NCBI GenBank assembly: GCA_009914755.4
Contig: CP068257.2
Span: forward strand, 20,320,001-20,384,000
Direction of reading: 5' to 3'
DNA length: 64,000 nucleotides
From: the human T2T-CHM13v2.0 reference genome, Homo sapiens
Shown here: one piece after another, positions 56,231 through 64,000 of the stretch
Layout: each line of letters begins with the position of its first letter
How positions within the stretch are numbered: the stretch's first letter is position 1
Notes under the pieces: generated by a model
Told to the model about the DNA's origin: nothing
Database searches by the model: none
Seen by the model: only the letters and a program-made list of their open reading frames with translations
Position numbers and translations under genes: made by a program

Positions 56231-59102
56231 ATGATGTCTAAGTACCATTGAAGATGCCAGCAGTGCCTATTTTCCCGCAAATATTATTATCTTGAACAGA
56301 TTCAAACTGAACTTTCCCAGGGCACTTTATTCCTGTAGGGATGGCCCAGATGCAAGATACTGTGAGTAAACAAGTGTAGAGTGTATTTTATTCCCTTAAA
56401 TAATTCATCAAATTGAGGTAATAAATAAATAAATAAATAATCAAATAAATTATAATACATCATTATAAATGCGATAATACCTAGACAGTGTTATAGTATC
56501 ACGAAGATAGGCGGAGGGCGAGAAATTCAAGCAGAGGAGTGAGAAGTCATTGCCTACTTCTGGTTTTGAAGCAGATGGGCCATTTGCTATAATTAAAGTA
56601 GAGATGTGTAAGAAACTGCCTGTTCTTCATTGTCTGGCCTCCTGGAGAGAACTTTTACCTTTGTTCCAATTTAATTTGGACTCGTCAGAGAAGTCATTAT
56701 TTCCAGACCCACCAATTGGGTGGTGCTAAAAGAACATTACATTCTTATTTTATACATGATACAAGTCTCTATTGTACAGTATGAGTTTTTATAACCTTGG
56801 ATATGAATGACTGATTAATTAGATATCACAAATTACATACTTAAAGCTGCTGTTGGTTTGAATGACTAACAAAAGGAATCTACACCTTGCACGTCAGAAA
56901 AATCAGAATAATTCAAATATCCATCATTAACCCTGTCATTCTTCTTTATTCCTTTGGCCAATGTAGGATGACCTGCAACAAAAATAAAGTAAGATCAGGG
57001 CTAGAGGTGACAGAGGTTTGTTTGCAGATTGAAGAGAAATGAAGAAAGTGATGTTTTTATTTTTTCAGTTTTGACCTAGATAATTTGGATTTTCTTGTAA
57101 TAATTGTAATAATGAAATGGTTGTTACTGAAGTTATTTAATAAAATTGGTTATTGCATGTCTGACCCCTCAGTTCCTCATTGAAACAAAAGTTTTAAGAC
57201 CTTTCTAGATCATGTAAGATTTCTCAAGAGTGCAAGTATGACATTATCAAGGGAAATGCATTTTATTTCTGAACACAACTAAAAATTCAGGTAGATATAG
57301 GTCTGAAACTTACATGGTACCTAACACATATAATTAATTTTGTAAATGACTGACTCATGAATACTATGAAAATTATAATTACAAGATAAAAATATCAGAT
57401 ATGATATTCCATACATATACTTATATCACCTTGTATCAATCACTAATATATTTTAACTTTGGAAGCATTGGCTTTAGTAAGGAGATATGTGTGTGTAGTT
57501 ATAAACATATATTTATATGCATTTTGATATTATATTTACATGCATTTTGATATTAAGCATTATTATTTTTTGTTCTGGGAAAAGAAAAAGTCCTCTATCA
57601 TTTATTAATTTTAAAAATTGAGTTTTAGTGGCCTGCATAATCTTACATTAGTACATTGAATTTGTAGGTATACATTCTTGCAATATATTCACTATATATT
57701 AGAAAAATGTCTATAGACTTCATGAAACACAGCTGTGGTAAAGTAGGTCAAAATTCTTTTCATAACAAATCTAATGTGTACTTGAATATAACATTTATTA
57801 AGAAAATTAGAACTCTTTCTTATAATCCAGGTCAATGCCAAGCTTACTTTGGAAATGTGAAGTGAAACATTAATTTACTTAAATTATTTATTTGAAAGCA
57901 TAAAATATTTTAAGTACTGGTTTGGTAAACTATTCAAAGAATTGATGCGAAAAGGTAGTATTTACTTCATTTATAAGATAATTTATCTACTCTATTTTAT
58001 TAATAGATTTTAAACTTGGCCAAAAAAATGGATAGACATACATTTTGTAAAGAAGTGTGTTTTTAATTTACCTTCTCATAGCAATATAGAATAAACACAA
58101 TTATCTAATGTGCTTGAGTTTTAAATATTGAGGCCTTATCTGTCTTTTTAAATGTAATTATGTCAATATATTTTACATTTTTTAAGGGTTGTGTTAAATA
58201 TTGGTCAAAATTGTAGACACTTTAATTTTATTGATTGTAGAAAAACAACACGGAGGAGTTTCTGCACTGGAACACAAGCCTTCCGCCTGCCCCACAGGCC
58301 ACCCAGCCACCAGTATGGTTTTTTGTGCTGTGGTGAGAGGATGGGGTATGTGCTACTTATCCTCATTCCACACTATGTGATTCCAATTTTATTCTGGGTT
58401 CTGGTGCACAAAAGGGTGAGTCTACGAATAGACCAACTTTGAAGGACTTACAAAGGTAGACATATATTATCTATACACATCAAATTGTTTTATAAAAGTG
58501 CATTGATCAAAATTGTACCTTTATATATAAGAAGAAGCAATGTAAACTGCCTGGTTAAAAATTATTCACTAAATTTTGGGTATGCATATTCACTATTGGG
58601 ATGAATATAGAAGTAAAATAACAACAAAAACACATCAAACTAAAAACTTTGCATTGGGTATACTTTTGGTGCCATTTGCACATGCTTTCTACTTGCCTTA
58701 GATTGGCTTGATCACACTTGCTCCCTGAGCTTTTTGTTCAGTAAATAGCATTGGCTAGCTCTACCATTGCCTGGTGCCCTAAGACAGGCATGTTATTCTC
58801 TCCAGAGGAAACACAGGCAATATTTGTGCTTGCAAAAGATAGAAGGGCATCTCTTTGCCAATTAAGGCACGGATTTCAAAAGTGAGTCCCATGAGATTGC
58901 ACCCACATTGAATACTTGCATTTAAGCTTTACCTCTATTTTTCTAGAGTATCCAGGTTATAAAATGTCTGCATCTGAAAAAGTCTTATATTATGCTTTTT
59001 CTATAAAAACCCCAACAAGCTTCAGCTTTTGTTATATAGATACAGAATATAATTTATATGAATTAATTTTAATAAAATATTTATTTCATTTACATGTTGT
59101 AT

Positions 59103-59499
59103 TAGTCAGGGTTCTCTAGAGGGACAGAACTAATAGGATATATATACATATATATATATCTGAACATGTATATGTATAAAGAAGAATTTATTAAGTATTA
59201 ACTTACATGATCACAAGGTCCCACAATAGGCTGTCTACAAGCTGAGGAGCAAGGAGAGCCAGTGCAAGTCCCAAAACTGAAGAACTTGGAGTGCAATATT
59301 TGAGGGCAGGAAGCATCCAGCATGGGAGAAAGATGTAGGCTGAGGGGCTAGACCAGTCTCTCCTTTTTACGTTTTTCTGCCTGCCTTATATTCCCTGGCA
59401 GCTCATTAGATGGTGCCAACCAGATAAATGGTAGATCTGCCTTCTCCAGCCCACTGACTCATCCTTCAATCCAATCAAGTTGACAGTATTAACTATCAC
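59103..59499 (-). mobile_element. ERV-L LTR (MLT2-like), most likely the 3' LTR of the adjacent reverse-oriented ERV-L provirus (orientation inferred)
   Basis: tgtattagtcagggttctctagagggacagaactaataggatatatatacatatatatatat...aagaatttattaag...ccaatcaagttgacagtattaactatcacaa has TGT...ACA termini and the MLT2-style opening motif (agtcagggttctccagagaaacagaaccaatagg). On the minus strand there is an AATAAA about 90 nt before the LTR end, and a purine run AAGGGGTGGA (PPT-like) immediately abuts the LTR on the internal side. Confidence 0.6.
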
Positions 59500-59873
59500 A
59501 AGTCCACCCCTTGTCAACTTGAACTCATACACATCTGAGATCATACATAATCTTCAAATAAAGACAATAATAAGGTCCTAATTATGCCTAACATACTATA
59601 ACTATCCTTCATACAACCAGAAACACACCAATCCCCAACTCAAATACTATTACATAAAGTTAACAATACTTAAATGCTGACGTGAAGTCAGTAAGTATTA
59701 TGACATATGATAAAGGAAAAGGAAATAAAATAAAGATGATTTCTTAGTACAAGTGTATACATGCACAAACATGTTTTTAACAAAAGAAGGAGGAAATTCT
59801 CATGACAGTTATAGTCCCCATTTCTGCAACTGGTCACATGGTCATAACTGGTATTGATGACTACCTTCTTCTA

Positions 59874-60391
59874 CTACCCATTCTGTATTCCCTTTGCCTT
59901 CAGCAAGCACCTCAGCAGGTCATGGTTTTTTTCCCTGGTGGGAGTTACCCAAACCTTTATTCCTGAGGGGTCTGGGCCATTCGTAGTCCTGCCTGGATTG
60001 GGCTGTTGTAGTTTCCCATGGACCTTAATCACAGGACATGGTAATACTAAGAGATGTCTTAATGGTCTCCTGTACTCCATGCATACTCCTTACCTCCATT
60101 GTGGAGTAGTAGACTGATTTCATCTTGATAATCTGGGCCAACCACCCCATCCAACACTGTAACTCCCTTCTTTGCCTATTGACTTAAAAGTAGGAGGAGC
60201 CCAAAGTGTCCAGGTGGCAATCTTAACTTCCAGTTTAATGGAATTCTTGTTGTGTCTCCTGGTGGCAGCATTCCTCCCTCTGGAACTAAGAAGTCTAGGC
60301 CAGCAGAACATAGTGTCATGGGAATAGGAAGCAAAAATTGTCCTAGTGAATCCCTAGGGGTGATGGTGAGTGGTGCCACTTCAACTTCCAC
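59874..60391 (-). pseudogene. ERV-L dUTPase domain relic (3' of integrase)
   Basis: ORF 60176..60391 MEVEVAPLTITPRDSLGQFLLPIPMTLCSAGLDFLVPEGGMLPPGDTTRIPLNWKLRLPPGHFGLLLLLSQ has the dUTPase motifs AGxDL (SAGLDFLVP), a beta-hairpin (IPPG-like PPGDTTRIP) and LPPGxxG (LPPGHFGLL). The frame shifts into ORFs 60120..60311 and 59874..60080. Confidence 0.7.
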
Positions 60392-60552
60392 CCCTTGATT
60401 CCTGGGCCCATGAATCCTGGCTATGAGAGAAACAGTACCATATATTGGATGCTGGTTTAGAGCATACGCAACCTTCTGGAGAACTTTGCCTCAGCCCTGC
60501 AAGTATTGTCACCTAGTTGGCATTGTAACTGTGCCTTCAAAAGGCTGTTCCA

Positions 60553-61403
60553 TCATTCTTTCAATCCAGCTGCTTGAGGATGATAGGGAACATGGTAAGA
60601 TCTGTGAATTCCATGAGCACAAGCCCACTGCCGCACTTCTTTAGCCGTTAAGTGAGTGCCTTGGTCAGAGGCAATATTGTATGGATAAGGCATTCCATGA
60701 GTCCACCAATGGCAGTCTTGGCAGAAGCATTGCATGCAGTACAGGCAAACCCATATCCAGAGTAAGAGTCTATTTCAGTGAGGACAAGGCTCTGCCCTTT
60801 CCATGATGGAAGAAGTTGAATATGATCAACCTGCCACCAGGTGGCTTGCTGATCACCCCAAGGAATGGTGCTATATCGAGGGCTCAGTGTTGGTCTCTCC
60901 TGCTGGCAAATTGGGCACTCAGCAGGGGCCATAGCCAGGTCAGCCTTTGTGAATGGAAGTTCATGTTGCTGAGCCCATGTGTAACCTCCATCTCTGCCAC
61001 CACGGCCACGTTTTTCATGGGCCCATTGGGCGATGACAGGGGTGGCTGTGGAAAGAGACTGAGTGGTGTTCACAGAAGGGGTCACCCTATCCACTTGATT
61101 ATTGAAATCCTCCTCCACTGAGTTCACCCGTTGATGAGCATTCACAGGGGATACAAATATCTTCACAGTTTTTGACCACTCTGAGAGGTTCTTCCCCAAA
61201 TTTCTTTGTCACCAATTTTCCAACCATGCTTCTTTCAATCCCTGACCATCCAGCAAAATCACTGGATATGGCCCATGAATAAGTATATAATTGCACATCT
61301 GGCCACTTCTCCTTCTATGCAAAGTGCACAACCAGGTGCACTGCTCAAAGTTCTGCCCACTGGGAAGGTTTCCCTTCACCACTGTCCTTCAGGAATGTCC
61401 TAG
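60553..61403 (-). pseudogene. ERV-L integrase relic (HHCC zinc finger plus DDE core), frameshifted
   Basis: ORF 60648..61199 reads ...AHEKRG...WAQQHELPFTKADLAMAPAECPICQQ (H..H..C..C) ... WWQVDHIQLLPSWKGQSLVLTEIDSYSGYGFA (the first D of the DDE). ORF 60553..60735 reads ...IASDQGTHLTAKEVRQWACAHGIHRSYHVPYHPQAAGLKE (the second D and the E). Confidence 0.85.
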
Positions 61404-61621
61404 AAAGGGGCTGTAGTGCTGCAGCTGTCCACTTTCAGGTGGTGCCCGCATATTGTGCAGAACCAGGCCCTAGTATTCTCTTCCTCTGTTGACTGATTAT
61501 AGGGAACTCTCCATGAGGCCATTAGTGCAGGCTGAGGGAGAGAAGGCAGAGTGGCAGGAGTGGAGACCATGGGCATTTGAACCACTTCCTCATGTAACTT
61601 ACTTGTGCCTTAAGTACCTGC

Positions 61622-62203
61622 TCAAGCCCGATCATGTATATACCACTTCAATTTGATGATGCAATGCTGCTGTGCACGATCCACTCTATGGCTAGATGGG
61701 TCAGAAAGCCCCCAGTTCATGATAGACAATTCAGCTCTCACGGTGACTTGATGACCCATAGTCAAACGTTCAGTTTCCACCAAAGCCCAGTAGCAGGCCA
61801 AAAGCTGTCTCTCAAAAGGAGAGTAGTTATCTGCAGAAGATGGAAGGGCTTGCTCCAAAATCCTTGAGGCCTCCGCTGTGATTCACCTTTGGGGGCCTGC
61901 CAAAGGCTCCAAACAGCATCCCTATCTTCCACTGACACCTCAAGCTCCATTGGATCTGCTGGATCTGGGTCATATGGCCCAAGCGGGAGCAGCTTGCACA
62001 GCAGCCTGTACCCGTTGCAGAGCCGTCTCCTGTTTTGGGCCCACGCAAAACTGGCGTCCTTTCAGGTCACTCGATAAACGGGATGGAGTAACACACCCAA
62101 AAGAGGAATGAATGTGTTTCCTCCAAAATCCAAATAGGCCAACTAGGCATTGTGCCTCTTTCTTGGTTGTAGGAGGGGCCAAATGCAGCAACTTATCCTT
62201 CAC
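61622..62203 (-). pseudogene. ERV-L RT thumb/connection and RNase H relic
   Basis: ORF 61970..62203 reads ...LLHLAPPTTKKEAQCLVGLFGFWRKHIHSSFGCVTP... (the RT C-terminal 'KKEAQ...LGL.GYYR' region). ORF 61622..61858 reads ...YSPFERQLLACYWALVETERLTMGHQVTV... (RNase H). Confidence 0.8.
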
Positions 62204-62344
62204 CTTAGAAGGAATATCTTGACAGGCCCCACACCACTGGATCCCCTGGAAATTTTACTGAGGTAGAAGGTCCCTGAATTTTAGTCAGATTGATTTCCCA
62301 TCCCCTGGCACGCAAATGTCTCACCAATAAGTCCAGTGTGTTTG

Positions 62345-62791
62345 CTACTTCTTGCTCACTGGATCCATCCACATCATGTCATCAGTGTAATTGACCAATA
62401 TGATATCTTGCAGAAGAGAAAAGCAATCAAGGCCTCTCTGAATAAGATTATGACACAAAGCTGGAGAGTTATATACCCCTGAGGTGGGCAATAAAGGTAT
62501 ATTGCTGGCCTTGCCAGCTGAAGGCAAATTGCTTCTGGTGGGTCTTATGGACAAGAATGGAGAAAAAGGCATTTACAAGGCTGCATAGCAGGTACCAGGA
62601 AATGTGTTAATTTGCTCAAGCAATGAAACCACATCTGGCACAGCAAGTGCAACTGGAGTCACCACATGGTTAAGTTTACCATAATCCACTGCCATTTTCC
62701 AGGATCCATCTGTCTTCTGCACAGGCCAAATGGGAGAGTTGAACAGGAATGTGGTAGGAATCACCACCCCTGCCTCTTTCAAGTTCTTCAT
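62345..62791 (-). pseudogene. ERV-L reverse-transcriptase fingers/palm relic
   Basis: ORF 62573..62791 reads ...[52 protein letters not shown].... ORF 62345..62572 reads ...GVYNSPALCHNLIQRGLDCFSLLQDIILVNYTDDMMWMD (the YxDD box mutated to YTDD). Confidence 0.85.
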
Positions 62792-62949
62792 TGTGGCACT
62801 AATCTCTGCATCCCTCTAGGGATGCCATATTGTTTTTCATTTAATTTACTATTGATTTTGTTTTGATTTACTATTTTTCTAGGTAGAGGCAGCTCTGATG
62901 GCTTCCCTTTGGCCATTCCAACCATAATAGCCCTCAGCCTACCAGTCAG

Positions 62950-63560
62950 GGAGCCAATGTGGGTGTTCTGCCAGCTGTTAAGTATGTCTATGCAAGTTAT
63001 GCATTCTGGCACAGGGAAAATGACCATAGGATGAGTCCAGGGACCCACTGGACCCACTGTAAGTCGGACCTGAGCTAAAACTCCATTAATTGCTTGATCT
63101 CCATAAGCACTTACTTTAAGTGGAGGATTACAATGACCTTTTTTGGCTAACACCTATAATCCCAGCACTGGGAGGCCAAAGCAGACAGATCATCTGAGGT
63201 CAGGAGTTTGAGACTAGCCTGAACATGGTGAAAACCCGTCTCTACTAAAAATACAAAATTAGCTGGGTGTGGTGGTGCATGCCTCTAATCCCAGCTACTC
63301 GGGAGGCTGAGGCAGGAGAATCGGTTGAACCTGGAGGTGGAGGTTGCAGTGAGCTGAGATCCCGCCATTGCACTCCAGCCAGGGCAACAAGAGCAAAACT
63401 CCGTCTCAAAAACAATAACAACAAAAACAAAAACACAATGATGTTTTGGGTCCCCTGGAATCAACGTCAGTTCAGAGCCAGTGTCCAGTAGTCCCTGAAA
63501 TGTCTCATCATTTCCCTTTCCCCATTGCACAGTTACCTGGTAAAGGCCAGAGGTCTCCTT
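62950..63560 (-). pseudogene. ERV-L aspartic protease relic, split by an Alu insertion
   Basis: The minus-strand translation upstream of the Alu is ...ETFQGLLDTGSELTLIPGDPKHHC (the DTG active site). Downstream of the Alu it is ...VGPVGPWTHPMVIFPVPECITCIDILNSW... (the GRD/N-type C-terminal motif as ITCIDIL). Confidence 0.75.
63139..63437 (+). mobile_element. Alu SINE, 5'-truncated (starts near Alu position 13), inserted into the ERV-L protease region
   Basis: ggctaacacctataatcccagcactgggaggccaaagcagacagatcatctgaggtcaggagtttgagactagcctgaacatggtgaaaacccgtctc...gcaacaagagcaaaactccgtctcaaaaacaataacaacaaaaacaaaaacac is flanked by acaatga on both sides. ORFs 63245..63436 and 63267..63491 are artefacts. 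Confidence 0.9.
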
Positions 63561-63617
63561 GGGGAAGGATGGGAGAAAGATTCACTGCATATTGTCGGTA
63601 ATGTAGTGGGGTCCTTC

Positions 63618-63941
63618 CTAAACAGGATCCACCCTCCCCGTGCATTCAAGATGTTCTGGGTCTGTAAACTGACTCATGTCTGGAAATTGTTTGAGGGGCC
63701 GTGATTCTCTGTTTTTATAATTCAAATTAATATTTTGTCCATTCGACCTAGAAATTTTCTGCTTATATAAATTAAACAGGAATGCTGCAGTCTTCCTATC
63801 AATTTCAGCTCTAGAAACACTGTGATTAATTAGCCAATGCCAGAGCTCTACACGAGTCAGACTATTCTGATTGCCACTTTGCCTCTGCTGTCCATTATGG
63901 TAGCTATGCCTACCTTGAGGTTGATAGTTGAGTGCTGTCAC
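63618..63941 (-). pseudogene. Probable ERV-L gag C-terminal relic (no clear motif)
   Basis: A 107-aa minus-strand ORF sits immediately upstream of the protease in proviral order. I see no zinc knuckle, so the call is by position only. Confidence 0.35.
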
Positions 63942-64000
63942 TTGGTGCCTACCACCTCAGCATCCAATTATTCCCATTGTATTTAAATTTTGTAGTTGTG

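Larger units (their letters stand above)
59500..64000 (-). mobile_element. ERV-L (HERV-L-like, class III) proviral internal region: gag relic, protease, RT, RNase H, integrase and dUTPase, all degraded; continues past the window end
   Basis: Minus-strand ORF pieces occur in canonical order from high to low coordinate. They are the protease DTG motif, the RT motifs, RNase H, the integrase HHCC and DDE motifs, and a dUTPase. The dUTPase lies downstream of integrase, which is the ERV-L hallmark. Individual motifs are listed in the following entries. Confidence 0.85.

Overview
This window is primate (human-type) nuclear genomic DNA, not a prokaryotic locus. It is AT-rich and CpG-depleted. It carries at least 14 Alu SINEs with poly-A tails and target-site duplications (TSDs), numerous LINE-1 fragments in both orientations, ERVL-MaLR LTR elements (THE1/MST/MLT1 type) and a Tigger/pogo DNA-transposon fragment. 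It also holds MIR SINE relics, microsatellites, and a partly preserved ERV-L (HERV-L-like) provirus at the 3' end, with recognisable protease, RT, RNase H, integrase and an integrase-distal dUTPase. I found no credible cellular protein-coding gene, operon, CRISPR array, or rRNA/tRNA gene. Almost every ORF in the six-frame track is a translation artefact of Alu, L1, LTR or ERV sequence. A prokaryote-style undescribed system is therefore not supported. The most interesting features are structural: nested transposable-element (TE) insertions with intact TSDs, two tail-to-tail L1 junctions, an unclassified GC-rich insertion splitting an L1 3' end, a full-length THE1 carrying a nested Alu, and the ERV-L provirus interrupted by an Alu. 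There is also a roughly 0.9-kb block that retains unusually many CpGs and contains a splice-acceptor-preceded 47-codon open frame ending in an acidic Ser/Asp-rich tail, which is a candidate exon or conserved element. Family calls are made by eye from remembered consensus sequences; coordinates are approximate to about ±10 bp unless a TSD pins them.
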